From the NCBI GenBank assembly GCA_965235115.1, contig OZ249440.1, positions 32,862,001 to 32,926,000 on the forward strand: a stretch of DNA of 64,000 nt, written 5' to 3'. The notes beneath the pieces are model-generated. The model made no database searches. It saw only the letters and a program-made list of their open reading frames with translations, and had not been told where the DNA came from. The translations under genes were made by a program, and so were the position numbers. This document shows positions 13,053-27,067 of this stretch, piece after piece; within the stretch, counting starts at the first letter, position 1; each line of letters begins with the position of its first letter. This DNA is from Laetmonice hystrix. Lineage: Eukaryota.

Positions 13053-16000
13053 TTAACTGTGACTCTGACTGTGGGACTGACCCCCATCGATTCGACCACC
13101 CGCCTCAGCCTCCTTTAGCCTAGTCTCGCCTAGCCCCAACAACCCTGGCCTCAACTGATCAATTCAGCGCATGCTCAATAGATGCAAAGATGGGCACAAA
13201 TGGCTGCGCCGCTGAATCCAGTGATTTTGACATGGTAGTCATGTTCTACATGTGACTTCTTGGAATGGGGGGGGGGCATTTATTTCCAAGCACTACTCTG
13301 AAAGGTCAGTATATATAGAGGCCTTGCAGCTGTCCAAATGTGATTTTTGACTGGACTTCTCCTTTAATTTCCATACTGTGGGTTTTACTGTTTATAAAGC
13401 ACGTCTTGCATCATAATGATTATATTTTCTTGAAATACTAGACACTATACAGAATGTCCACACTGGCCCCATGCCTGGTTCTGTCATGGAACTGACCACT
13501 GGTGATTGGTCTACAACAGAAGGTTTGACCTAGCAATAGACCATTTTCCGAATTACTACTAGCGCCACCTACAAGCTCCCTAGCGACGCCAAAGTCGGTG
13601 CAAACGCACCGTTTGCTAGCGCTTGGGCAATAGCAAACAATAAAGTATTAGGTGTTGAGCAAATCTGGGATTTTGAGTTTCTCCGTGTCAATATGAGCAG
13701 TTCAGGGTGGCCAGTTTAAAGCCAAATGCAACAATCCAGCTACCTTATACCTTCCCAAGAATAACATCAGCAATAAATGCAGGTCAATAGGTTTTACATA
13801 AACGAGAATGCCAACCTTAAACTACGAGTACCGTACCTCTAGCCGAGAAATGAACTCGGCGCCATTTTACATCACATTATCACATGGGAGATTGATTCAG
13901 CCAATCAAAAACAGTCAGGTCACCCGGAAGTGTGACGTCGCCAGAGCCGCGAGTTTCGACCAGCTGTCAGATCGGGTGAGGATACAAGGTAGTCAGAGAG
14001 TCTAGACTGAGAGCTGCGAGTAAGATTATCCGTGTCATAGTACTAGGAGACCGATCAGCAGGTCTAACCACACCACTGACTTGGTGCTGATCCTTCGTGA
14101 AGATATGCCTGGGTGTGCTAGCTGAACGGTAGCCCGACGCTTTGACAGTGGCAGTGCACGCCATGTCCCCGGCCGTAGACTGCCGTAGTCTGTCACTACT
14201 GTCAGACTCCATCCATGACCCAACCAGTGTAGGCCTACATTTCATTCTCTAGTTGACAATTCTCCGTATAAATAATAGCTTTCAGCCACCATTTCATGCG
14301 TTGGAGGGTATTGCGACGAATTTCTGTTCGTTTAAGCGCCCGGTAAGAGATTTTTCACTACGTTGTCGATCGACCAAATTGGCATGTCTGGCCCCGTCCA
14401 ACCACCAGTGCACGCCCGCCGGGAGCAAGGGAGTGCTGCCTGTTGTTGACTTGACCACCTGACTCGGGTGTCGGGTGAGGCATGGAGCCTGGGACAGGGC
14501 ACGCATGGGACATGAAGTCATGTAATCGACATGGGCCGAGATAACCATGGTCCGAGTTCACCAGTAACCATTATTGTACATAGTGTCCGTGAAGATGGTT
14601 GACCAACACAGTGATGGGGGAATGGGGTAGGCTCTAGGGACGCCATTTTTTAAGGTCTCACGGCAGTGAATTTCGGCAAGATGGACGCAGTGAGAAAACG
14701 GGCAACTGTCAGTTTCTATCGGGGATTACTTTTAACACACAGACTTTGTGGGAATTAGATGGTGGCAGGTAAAAGGCACTATACCATGGTTATCCATGGG
14801 CCCTATTGCTAGTGGCGGTTTCAGATCGCTTTAATAAAACAATGGGGGTGACATGATACAGTAAGTTGGAATCTCGGTAACAGGTAGAAAAGATAGGATG
14901 TGGCGATGGCCACATTATGAATCCCATCCCCCTGGGGCGTTCCCGTTCTACTAATTTTCAACATGAAACATGGCTCCGTCTTGCACCTATCACAAGTTAT
15001 AATCCTTGCCTTAATAGATGCCAATAATGTCATTATGATGTCAGACAGTACGCTGCTGTACATCATGAATCTTGGCGTCAAATGAAAGCAGGGTTCCCTG
15101 CTTTTTGTGAACATTCTTCACACTCTATCAACATTACAAAGCCACGATATAAATAAGTCATTTTTTCAGGGATTCCAATACCGTCATAATATGATCATTA
15201 TGGTCTCCGGTCGATATGGCCCATGAACGATATGGCCTGGTTGATATGGCCCAGGTAGTTGGTCAATATGGCCCACCCCCGGTCAATATGGTACACTAGC
15301 TAGCTTTTCACGGTAATGCCATCATGAGTTGCTAGTCTGGGAATATTTCCCTTTGAGGCTGAAGGTGGAGATGTCAGCACCTGTACCTGAGTGTGAGAAA
15401 GCTTTTGACGGGACGCTGCATAAATAATATTGGTATCAATTGAAAGAGCATAATCTTTCCATTCATGTTTAATAGTAACTATGAGAGTATCTCGCACCGT
15501 TTAGCAGTTTTACTTACAGGCCTCTGAAAATCGTTATAGTACTCCACAACATATCTAGTGCAACTCTCCTCCTATGTAAGATTCAAAAACATCTATGTAT
15601 TAGACAGTTATACCTACAGTTCAGAACCACAGTTAATTCAGTTATGTCTGTTCTGAATACACATAGGCCTAATCCTCCAACCCTGCCCTGATTGGGAGGA
15701 AAGGGGGAGTATAGTGACTCACGGCCCACCGGCCCAAACTGTGAAATCTATCCACATCAATCTGCTGGCTCACTAAACCAAGGACAGCTGGCCAAGAGTT
15801 GTTTTGTAACTTTAAGAAGACAGCCTTCATGAGAGTTTTGTTTTATTGCTTTCCTCCAATATAAGATGAAAAAAAAATATGTATTAGACAGTTACACATA
15901 CAGCTCTAAAGCACAGCTAATTCAGTTGGGGATGTTCTGGACATACAGATTCCTCCAACCCCACCCTGACTGGGACGACCGGGTAGTCGACACCAGCCGG

Positions 16001-16129
16001 CCTTATCAGCAGCAATTACATAACTCTCAGCCCCGGCCAGCGCCGGGCGGCACCAGCTCACACTGCGGGAGGTCTGTGTATGTCGAGACTGCAACCATCC
16101 TAGTGCCAAACATAATAATTTGTGAAGAC

Positions 16130-16992
16130 TATACCCATGAAAACTTATGATTTTGGCTATATTGCCTTTCGAGAAAAAGAATTAAACAATCAGTGGTATA
16201 CCTGACTCTATGCACTTTATAACAGACGTACTTGCATATGGCTATGTTCAATACCTTTCAAGATACAGCCCGTAGAAGTTCGGTTACATAAATCAGAAAG
16301 ATGACGTCATAGATGACGTCACATGTCTCGTGATACAAACATTATGGTACTTTATTAACGAAGACATTCACTTTTATAAAGTTAATGAACAATTAAGGCT
16401 CTGTCTTAAATCTTTCAAAAGTTACAGCAAGGACCTTTCAAAATGACCCGAGTTCAAAACTTCAAAGTCACGTGGTTTAGTGAAAATAGGTCAAATTGTT
16501 TACCCGATGCACCAGTTTGTGGGGCTTACATTGGAGAATGTTTCTACCACATATTGTCAAGTTTCACCAGAAAATGGGGAAGAAGAATCAATTTAACCGA
16601 TTTGTGACCTCTGACCCAGTTCTCCCTCAGCTTAAAGGTCAAAGGTCAAAACAAGAGTCAGATTTAGGCAATACCCTTGCCTAATTATCTTGGCATGAGA
16701 CGTTTTTGAAATTCTCAATATGAGCTTTAGAAAATGGCCTCAATGCGTAAAACACGATTAACGTCATGACGTCATGACGTGACGTCATATGACGTCAAGC
16801 TTCAAACTGCAAATTCTCTCTGGCGTCCTTAATACGCCTACCAAGTTTTGTATTGCTATCTTGAAAAATGAGCGAGATACGATGCTAAAGAGAATGAGTT
16901 TAACTACTACACCTACTACGGGAATAATAATACGGAAGATGAAACCACACAATTTCAAAATCCCATCCCCTTGATGGGGGATGGGATAATAA
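16130..16992. mobile_element. Probable Helentron-associated (HINE/DINE-like) interspersed element
   Basis: Terminal hairpin ATCCCATCCCC-TTGA-TGGGGGATGGGAT followed by an A-rich flank. Internal GACGTCA motifs are shared, inverted, with 53850-54500. Left boundary approximate. Confidence 0.35.
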
Positions 16993-17950
16993 GTTTTAAT
17001 CGTGGTGTGAAGTTGAACAGTCAGAACTTTGACTTGAGCGATATTAGCAACATCGAGACACCTGACGATACTGACCATTAATGCCAGGTAACAAGCACTG
17101 TTGGTATGGAACATGTGCAAGTCACAGTAGGGCTAAATATGGGGCAGAAAACAGTAAATCAAGGCCATCCATGGATGATGTCAGGTTTTTTCTACCTTCC
17201 CGGGACCCTTGCGACAGAGAGGAGGGCTTTACAACCCGTAGACCTATACCCTATGTAAAATTCCCTGTATGTGTAAAACTATCGTAATATATACCAAGGC
17301 CCTAAAAAGTATTTGCCCGTCTAAAACTCCCGCAATGTGTAAAAATTCTGCCCGTATGTAAAAAATCTTCGTTCTTCTGGTATGTAAAATTCTGCCTATT
17401 GATTTTTACCCGTATGTAACACGATATGAGATTCCGGTTCGGGGGCCAACACTTATACTTTTATCTATATACTATAACCCGGAATGGCTCTAATGTAGGT
17501 TGTAGGGTAGGGGTGGTGAAGAAACTGGGGGGACTGTATTTTAGGGGTACTGCTGGCCGAATGATGGGGACAGGGACAGGTGACAGCAGCCGGTGTTACA
17601 GCGAGGAGCGGTACAACCTCGCCCAACCACTGACACGGCCTGGGTTAGGGATTCCCAACAGTCCAGGCAACCGTATGACATATATTAGGGTACCAACGAT
17701 GGTGGTAAGGGGTGGTGATCGCTGTTTATCCCTGATAACCTTTATCCCTACGATCTACCAACGACGAGACAAGATGGCCGCACCCAGTATGGCCACCCGC
17801 GGCGCTTGACCCCCGCCAGAGACAAGTCAGCCGGTCCGTGTGTGTCAGCCAGCTGCTGTCGATTGGCAGTTCGAGGTCCGAAACACAACTTGATAACTCT
17901 ACCAGTGACGCTTTATTATACCCAGACATAGTCACACCGCGTTCTTGGAG

Positions 17951-18303
17951 GGATGATCGTAGTCGGGGGCCGGTCCAAGTTTCGAAATATTTTTTTTCTA
18001 TTTTGCAAGGTATTGTGAGCAGCTCTCTCGAGTGATTGTCCGTAGGTTAACTATGGCAGACACCTGTCGTCCAGCAGGCACTTGCACCGAGTTTCAAAAC
18101 GACGCAGCATAGCAACCCGCAACGGATGATCGTAGTCGGGGGCCGGTCCAAGTTTCGAAATATTCTATTTTGCAAGGTTTTGTGAGCAGTTCAAAATCAG
18201 CTCTCTCGAGTGATTGTCCATAGATGAACTATGGCGGACACCTGTCGTCAAGCAGGCGCTTGCACCGAGTTTCAAAACGAGGCAGCATAGCAACCCGCAA
18301 CGG
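17951..18303. repeat. Local tandem duplication, 2 x about 175 bp
   Basis: GGATGATCGTAGTCGGGGGCCGGTCCAAGTTTCGAAATATT...GCATAGCAACCCGCAACGG occurs twice head to tail. Confidence 0.9.
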
Positions 18304-20854
18304 AAAACGGTCCATTACCCCAACGCCTCCTTTTTATTGAAGTATGGTACCCCCCACATTTAGGTAGCCCACATGTGGTAATAATTAATTAGCGTCATAC
18401 AAGGCCGAGGCAGCCATGTTTATCCTACCCAGCACTCCGGAGGACTGCTCCTGCACCTAGCTGACATTGGGTTAATGTTATGCACTAACGGTCATATGTT
18501 AATTTAAATATAGCTATTTCATATTCTCTAAATTAAGAATAGAGACAAGACGATTTACTTCACCTATTGAATACAGGAATTATTATGTCATTTCTCTCAT
18601 ATTTGATTTCAACCTAGAAATAGAGTTTTGGAGAACATTTTGGCTTTGCATAATTAATGAGCGCGGGCTTCAGCAGATAAGCTTGGCGTCAGTACATATA
18701 TTTTATTATCTATATTTTCAGTATAAAACGGTATTTATTAGTGAGACTCTATATAGAAGGGTTGTAGTGTGTAACTTAAAAGATTCCATCTTGTAAACAG
18801 AAAAAGGTTGTCCGCTTAAGGAAATTAACCCAGTTGGCCCTATGCTAATCAGCTTAATGAGCATCGCTGGGAGGTTTTTGGCGGTCTCTTGCTCCCGGGT
18901 CACCGAACTGACCAGACGTGTAGGAGCGGGACTGCAGTGTGAAATAAAGGAATGGAAGACTATCAACCACGGAGTGTTTAATTTTGGACAGTTGGGGTGC
19001 AACACCACCGCACCACATACCAAAGAAGTGGTAGTGGTTGCAGGGGCGCCGCTGCCTATTTCAAAGTGGGGGGGACAATCTTGGTGTGATTGACCTTTTC
19101 CCCCCAGATTTATGTACCATACGAATTGCAAAATAACAGTATATTCACCCCCCCCCGGGGGCGGATCCAGGATTTTTTTTGCAGGGGGCGGGGGGTCAGA
19201 AGGTGCCCGCGCCGAGAGGGGGGGGGGGCTCCGACTGAAAATGTTTGGGAATATAAAAGGCCATAGATGTTATTTCCTGGCTTCTCAGCATCAAACTAAA
19301 GAGCTTTCGGTGCCGACCTTTTGCTCAAAATTAATGTATTAATAAGTGAGGGATTCAGGGGGCTTGCCCCCCTTAGATCTTCCTTTTTTGTATGAAGATG
19401 TATTACTATTAGTACAGTTACAATGAAATTATGCCGAGCGTAGCGAGGCAAAAATTTTTTTTAGGTGGGCCCCACTGGCCCTCGACATCACAAGAAACGG
19501 TATCAAGCAATATGTATCATAAGCAAAAACAGTTGACGATTAAGCCTACAACACACTTTTACCAAATAAAATAGAGACCGTCCCCATCCTACTGAATTGC
19601 CACTCTCTATTCTACCACACTAGGTCCAGTAAAAAATTGGTAAACCTCACTCATTAATAATAAATGAATACATTCACGCATGAGGTCTTTTTCTTCAAAA
19701 TCAAATAGGAAGGCCCAACATGGGGGTGAAAAATGTTGACGGCCGCAGGCCTAACGCTGTCAGACAATAATTAACTGAATATTCAGGTCTATGTGAGCTA
19801 AACAAGAGACGGTATACAGGGGCGGATCCAGCTTTTTCAAGTAGGGGGGGGGGGGTCCAACGTTTTTAGAGGCGCAACCGGAGTGACTGTACGAGCACCG
19901 AAGGCACAAAGCCTTGCTAAGGGGTCCGGGGGTATGCCCCCCGGAAAATTTTCAAATTCAAGGTGTAATTTAGTGAAATCTGATGCATTTTGGAGCACAA
20001 AATAATCTATTTAAAGACCAATGATGTCAAAAGTCTTATGTAGCCCTACAATGCCGTGAGGCGCCATTAACGGCAGGAGGGGCGCCATGAAACTTTAGGG
20101 GTCCAGACCCTATGTGACCCCCTCCCATGGATCCGCCAGTGTGGTAGGACTAAGGTACACAGGGACGCTACAGGGGGCCTAGGCCGCGGTTAGGCCCATA
20201 TTAATTATAGAAGAGCAAAGCATGGACCTATCTCCTAAACACATAGGCCTAGGCCTATATATAGGCGAAAGCCAAGATTAAAAATTATCAAAATCTATCT
20301 TAAATTTGCCTCCCAGGGGCCATTGACCTTAAAAAGCAGGCATATACAGTAGGGATCTCGAGTATAAGAAGACCTGTAGATCTATTAGGCCTAGCTTCGA
20401 CTTCAAGGAGCCTTTGACCTTTTTAGGTCGCCAGCAAAAGTGGGGGGGGACATGTCCCCCCCGTCCCCCCCCCCCCCCGGCAGCGGCGCCCCTGGGTTGA
20501 GTGGGCATGGGCGTCGATAATGCTATGCGAATAAGTGCAGTAATCTTGGGGCCGGGGTTCAATTCCAGCAGAGGACTATAGAAATATTCTCTTTAGAACT
20601 GGGGTACATCCCCCATGGTAACTTAAAACCCACAAAATTTGGTCGAAAGTAAAGATCCATAGCCCCAACCTTATCCCTAACCCCTAACCCCAGTCTCTGC
20701 ACCTCCCAAAAACATATATCCCTATCCCTGACCTTAACCCGAATCCCTACCCAAAATTTTGTCTGGAAGTTACCACGGGGAATAACCCTTTTTGGACATT
20801 CTGAAAGTAACTGGGTTACGCCTAATGCCCATGCATCTAAAAAAAATAACACTA

Positions 20855-22737
20855 CAGTGGTCCCCCTCATAAGCGACCACCCCTGCTGCAGAGAGAAAGT
20901 GGTCGCTAGTGGCGGGTGGTCGCCTAAACGAGGTCGTTAAGTACACATGGTTACCACCAGGTGAGATAACCACCATGTGAGATAACTACACACAGTTAAC
21001 ACTAGGTGGGGACTTCCCAGTTAGCGGGAGGGACAAAGAGGGGGCACACGTGTATGGAGTTATTCTTGCCAAATAACCCCCCACATGACAACATGACAGT
21101 TTCAGTTCAGTGAGACAAAAAATATTTAATTTTATTTAAAGAAAGATTCTAGTCTTGTCTGTTTCATTTCATTTAGGGCTTTTCTATCTTCTTTTAGCAA
21201 GTCTTGCAGTTTGTAATGCAGTCCAGCATCTGAGTATTCTGCTGTTGCAGAGCAAAGTCTAAAATATGACACGGTTTCAGTTCAGAGTGACAAAAAATAT
21301 TCAATTTTATTAAAAGAAAGACTCTAGTTTTGTCTGTTTCATTTCATTTACGGCTTTTCTAGACTCTTGTTTTAGCATATCGTTTTTTCAACAGGCATGG
21401 TAGTAGGGGGGGGGGGAGCAAAACCGTTAGCTTAATGTGTGATGGAAGCCTGGCGGGGAAGGTGAGAGACTGGGCCAAGCAGCCGTGGTGGGGCCACATG
21501 TGGCCGGCCATGGTGGGATGGAAGTGGGTGGGGGGCAGTGTTGGTGGGGGGTCGGCAGGATGCCAGGCAGGCGGGCATGGGGAGACAAGTGTTATGACTA
21601 GGCACGGCTGATTCTCAAAGGCTGGTCGCTGATAAGGGGTGACCAGTGGAGTTGATGCAGGGATATGCAGGTCGCTGGTCGTTAGTGCCGGTGTGGCGCA
21701 AATATAGTAGTCCGTCCAAAATAGTAGTCACTATGGGGCGTCTCCATAGGAGTGAAAGCCGAGGCCGTAAAAATAGTAGTCCAAGTTTAACTGGCCCGTT
21801 CTCAATTAATACTGTTCGGATTGAAATCGCATATGGAAACAACTTAAAGCAGAAGTCCATAAATTTGAGATAACGCGGCGCTGCGAAAGTTAGGTGACAC
21901 GAACCCGAGGTGCAGCCAATGTTTCCATCATGGCGTAGGCAGGCGGAGGCCACGGGAGCAGGCCGCGGGTTACGACTCTCAACTTGCACAAGCTAATTAT
22001 AGCCTGGATGGAAGGAAGGACTACTAATTTGACCGACGAAGCGCCAAAATAGTAGTCCGTCAAATTAGTAGTCCTACAGAGTTCACAGCATCCAAATCCA
22101 ATTTCCGTGTGATTTTGTGACCGTAGATAGTCTTATATCTTCTTTACAGGCTAATGTACTCATATATTAAACGGTCCTGCCCCAAAATCGTTGACATTTA
22201 ATTAGCTCCCCGACTGCTTTTGAAAAAAATTCGGGGGCCCTGTGCCCCCCAAATCCGCCACGTCAGGGGGACGGAGGCGGGCTTTGCCACCCATGCACCC
22301 ATGAGTGCCTATAACATAATACGTGTCATTCAAAGTTCCCTGCCAAAATAGATAGGTCTATACCATGTGCAATTACGATGAGTTCACAGCACCAAAATCA
22401 CATTCCCGTGTCATTTTGTGATCGTGGATGGTCTTAGGCCCCTATATCTTCTTTAAAGGCCAGTGTGCTCATATTAATAACCGTCCTTTCAAAAAGAACG
22501 TTGACGTTTAGCACCCAGTTGGAGGAAGGACTACTAATTTGACGGACTACTATTTTGACGCCTATAGGCGCCAAAATAGTAGTCCGGACTACTATTTTGT
22601 GCGGACTACTATCCTGACGCTACACCGGGTGGTCATAAGGGTGGAATTATAGTGTGAAGTGGTTAATGCAGTGGAAATGTGGTCGCTAGAGGCGGGTGGT
22701 CGCTTATACGGGGTGGTCTTTAACAGGGGGACCACTG
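20855..22737. mobile_element. Tc1/mariner/pogo-type MITE hosting a nested element
   Basis: Termini CAGTGGTCCCCCT...AGGGGGACCACTG with TA flanks and repeated GGTGGTCGC subterminal motifs. Confidence 0.8.
21688..22628. mobile_element. Nested TIR element with 3-bp TSD (superfamily unassigned)
   Basis: Termini CCGGTGT...ACACCGG with GTG duplicated on both sides. Many AAAATAGTAGTCC / GGACTACTATTTT subterminal repeats. Confidence 0.7.
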
Positions 22738-23683
22738 TACTTCCTCCTACTCCATGAGCACCCATTATTGTCTCCTCAATACAGAGGGCACCATGTTATC
22801 TGTCTGTATTTGAGGCTGTTGTGCCACGGCATAAACCATACATAATAATACACATTGATATTTTGGTGCACATTGGTATTTTGGTGCACCATTTTGTATA
22901 GAAAAACCTTTCCTGCACAACAACCGTCGGCTCATGCCTTCGACCAGCCAACTACTAAGCCGCAGCTTGTTGGCCCAACTTCCCTGTTATAATGAATCGA
23001 CCGTTGTTCAGACAGAACCAATTCAATACTGGAATATGAGATATCCTGCTAATACTTTAACATAGATTCACAAAAAAAATAAAGAGACTTGGGGCTCGTT
23101 TTACTAAGACGGTATGAGCTTGTATACGGCCTTATAGCTCCTAAAGAAGCAAAACTCTATAGAAAATATGAGCTCGTAAAATACGAGTGTTTAGTGAAAC
23201 AGGCCCCTGATTTCAGAATCAGGGGGGAGCAAGTGGACTCTCCATGTGACAAGTGTGTTCAGAATCAGCCATCCCTGTTTATACCTGTGTGGTAATTGCT
23301 GCCAACGTTATCCCGCACACCTAGGTCATCAGGAATGTGGCATAGACTTGCCACTGTGTGTATTTTCTGCACCCATCTACTACAGGTTAAACTTTGACAG
23401 CCCTGCAATCGGCCAATGATATCAGCTGAATGATGGTAAAAATCTATTTGACGTGCCTCAGACCCTTCCTGATCATTGTGTAAAGTTTCATAATACACAA
23501 ATTCCTGAGAAATCTACATCTTCGGACATAACTTCTCGACCCTTATGGTTGGGAGCAAAAAATAGGGATCAACAATATCTATGAACCATCTTATAATGGG
23601 CGATTGGGTCCTCCTGGACCGGGGAGCGGGGTGGGGGGTCACAGATATAATTAAATTGATTGTAGCCCAAAATCAGATCTCAC

Positions 23684-23753
23684 CTCTCAACCATCTTATC
23701 AGGTAACGGTTTCCATGATGGCTCTCTAAGATGTCGCTGACGTTTTCTCTCAA
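23684..23753 (-). CDS. SEC14L2: SEC14-like exon 2 (LRENVSDILESHHGNRYLIRWLR)
   Basis: TTTTCAG acceptor and GTGAGA donor; 70 nt, phase 0 to 1. Matches the CRAL-TRIO_N segment FRENVQD...LLRWLR. Confidence 0.9.
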
Positions 23754-25599
23754 CTGAAAACAAAATTTAAAAACATAACTAACATTTTAATCATGCCAAT
23801 ATCTGATAATGATATTACTTCCAGCCAGCATGAGTCTGAAATGAGTCTACAATTATGGTTAAAAATGAACCAAGAGAAACTTGGCATTTCGTACAAACTT
23901 GGCGGCAAGAGAAGGCATATGAGGGGCAACAAGTGTGCTAATTTATCTTATGTTCAGATTAAATATAAATGAACAAGATAATTACTTTCTATAAGGTAAG
24001 GTTAGAAAGTCACATTAGCTTTCACTTGTCACCATTTCCCAGAGAATCCTCCCAGGGGCGCGTTTCTCATCTATCATTATCCTGTCGTGCGTTAAAATCC
24101 CCATTGAAAATACACTGGAGTTAACGATACGACAAGCTAACGACATGCTGAGAAACGCACCCCAGTATCACCACTGAGGGTGTACATTGTAAATAGTAAG
24201 ATCTTTATTCCTACACAATGTATGGTACAGTAAGCAGAATACAAAGCAACAAACTGGTCAAAATATAGATCTCTGCCTAGCCAAAGAACGTCACATAACA
24301 AGAAGGGACAGTCGCCGCCATATTGATTTTTTTTGAACCGGTGGCGCCAGCTGGCGGTGAGTGGTATAGAGGCCATGACGATCATGGCGCCTTGGCCCAG
24401 AGGCCGACGTTCTGCATGAGACAAGGCCTACTATTAGACCACAGGAAAGTGAGATAAAAAGGTTTGTTGATTTAATAACTAATTCCCAGTAATTAATTAG
24501 TTTAAACTATACTGTAAAACACAAAAGTAACAATCTACACATATATTCTACTACAGAGTACTAGTCTAGATCGATAGCCTACGACAAATGTCTATCGTAG
24601 AGCTATACATCCAGTGTGGGTAAGGCCGCTTATCAACCCCATAAAAGCGGGTAGGCCTGGGTAGTTACACAATGGAGACCCAACATGTCTATCTGACCTT
24701 TGATCCCCCATGGCGTCCTGCATGTAATGATACACACTAATATATATATATATCTATACTACTGGAAATTAACTAACGCCAGTAAAACCAAAGTTTAATA
24801 GGAAGGTATATACCAGTATAATTGTCGGACATCCAATATTTCAGAAGTCTTAACCCTTTTACATGTCTAGCCTTTGTGTGAGACATATCCAGGTATTGTT
24901 TTCTAGTCTGTCATTCCGGGCAAAGTCCAATATGGCGCCAGTGATAGGCATAGTTACCATAGGTGTGTTTTCAGTGACCGCTTCAATAATTTTTAGTTGT
25001 TTTATGACTACGGGCGTGTTATACATCATTTTAAAGTGCAAAGTTGGTTGTTTATAATTGGATCATCAGGTACAAAGTACCTAGTCACACCTTTTTACAA
25101 AGGGCGTTTTTGTTGTTTTATCCAGTGATGTCTCCGGTTCTTTTCAAAGTTTATCTTATCGGAGTGTCTACTGCCAAAGTACTTTAGGTGGAAGACGACC
25201 AAAACGCTATTGTCAAAGTACCAATCAGAAGCTTTGTTACATATGACCTAGATTTTTTGGCGCCAAGACTAGGACCAGGAGGTGCCATCTTGACTAGTCC
25301 TGCTATAATGAAGCTGGGTGACACGTTTCCGACGGACCATAGCTTTTCTGAGGCATTTGACCATTACAAGCAGGGTCAGAATGTTGTTTATCACATACGC
25401 CTCGGAAACTGTGAAGACGTATCTACAAAAACACCCAGGAAGACAAGACATACGGATCCCAGAGGGGATAAGGTTAGTTCATTTCTACATTATTTGACAT
25501 GATTAACGGTAATCCAGAGCGAAGTTAAAATCATTTTGCCATGATTGTTACAGGGGTGCAACAAGGCCATACCTTAGCTATTACAGATGTGATGATAAT

Positions 25600-26632
25600 A
25601 CGCCCTACCCCTTGCTGCCACAGTACCTTGGCAATAACAATGCAGCCTAACCCCCTACCCCTTGCTGCCACAGTTACTTTGGCAATAACAATACAGCCTA
25701 ACCCTCTGCCCCTTGCTGCCACAGTACTTTGGCAATAACCATGCAGCCTAACGCCTTGCCCCTTGCTGCCACAGTACTTTGGCAATAACAATGCAGCCTA
25801 ACCCCCTACCCCTTGCTGCCACAGTACTTTGGCAATAACAACGCAGCCTAACCCCCTACCTCTTGCTACCACATTACTTTGGCAATAACAATGCAGCCTA
25901 ACCCCCTACCCCTTGCTGCCACAGTCACTTTGGCAATAACAATACAGCCTAACCCCCTGCCCCTTGCTGCCACAGTACTTTGGCAATAACAATGCAGCCT
26001 AACCCCCTACCCCTTGCTGCCACAGTTACTTTGGCAATAACAATACAGCCTAACCCCCTGCCCCTTGCTGCCACAGTACTTTGGCAATAACAATGCAGCC
26101 TAACGCCTTGCCCCTTGCTGCCACAGTACTTTGGCAATAACAATGCAGCCTAACCCCCTACCCCTTGCTGCCACAGTACTTTGGCAATAACAACGCAGCC
26201 TAACCCCCTACCTCTTGCTACCACATTACTTTGGCAATAACAATGCAGCCTAACCCCCTACCCCTTGCTGCCACAGTTACTTTGGCAATAACAATACAGC
26301 CTAACCCCCTGCCCCTTGCTGCAACAGTACTTTGGCAATAACAATGCAGCCTAACCCCCTACCCCTTGCTGCCACAGTACCTTGGCAATAATAATGCAGC
26401 CTAACCCCCTGCCCCTTGCCGCCACAGTACTTTGGCAATAACCATGCAGCCTAACGCCTTGCCCCTTGCTGCCACAGTACTTTGGCAATAACTATGCAGC
26501 CTAACGCCTTACCCCTTGCTGCCACAATACTGTGGCAATAACAATGCAGCGTAACCCTCTGCCCCTTGCTGCCACAGTATCTTGGCAATAACAATACAGC
26601 CTAACGCCCTGCCCCTTGCTCTCACATTACCT
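25600..26632 (+). repeat. 50-bp minisatellite, about 20 copies (left array)
   Basis: Unit of about CCTTGCTGCCACAGTACTTTGGCAATAACAATGCAGCCTAACCCCCTACC. Confidence 0.95.
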
Positions 26633-26802
26633 TCGTAATATCTAATCAGAAACATGCCATCTGCCATTTTAGTTAAAATTGATAGACTCTTTGATTACTT
26701 GCACTGTAACCATAAACTTTACCATTTATGGCAAAGAGACTGATCAATTTGGTAAAAATAAAATTGATTTATTGATGAGTGTCGATATTCTTGTTAATTC
26801 AG

Positions 26803-27030
26803 AATGCAGATGCACTCGTGAGAGGAGTGGTACCTCCATCACTCACGCAGCTCCACGTACCAGACTACCGCCAACATACGTACCAGCAGTTCTTGGCCGA
26901 ACCATTCAAATGACTGTGGAGCGAGGGACTGCACAGGGACTGGCCGCGCCAAAAAAATCCAGTGCGACAATTGTCATGTCTGGTTTCATTATCAATGTGA
27001 ACAGCTTAGACAACGGAAACCAAAGCTGAC
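26803..27030 (+). pseudogene. Relic exon encoding a truncated PHD finger (DCGARDC...KIQCDNCHVWFHYQCEQL)
   Basis: The frame through 26912-27030 gives the IQCDxCxxWFHxxC PHD signature. TTCAG acceptor at 26802, in-frame stop near 26819, last Cys pair missing. Confidence 0.6.
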
Positions 27031-27067
27031 AACATCGGTTAACAAATTGTTACTGTGGCAGCAATTG

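Noticed and set aside
13531..14811. Possible TIR element bounded by TAGCAATAG...CTATTGCTA
   Set aside because: The inverted match is only 9 bp and does not extend inward, so the boundaries cannot be supported.
20660..20750. Telomere-like TAACCC repeats
   Set aside because: Only a few degenerate units inside a dispersed repeat (inverted relative near 36600-36760); not an interstitial telomere array.
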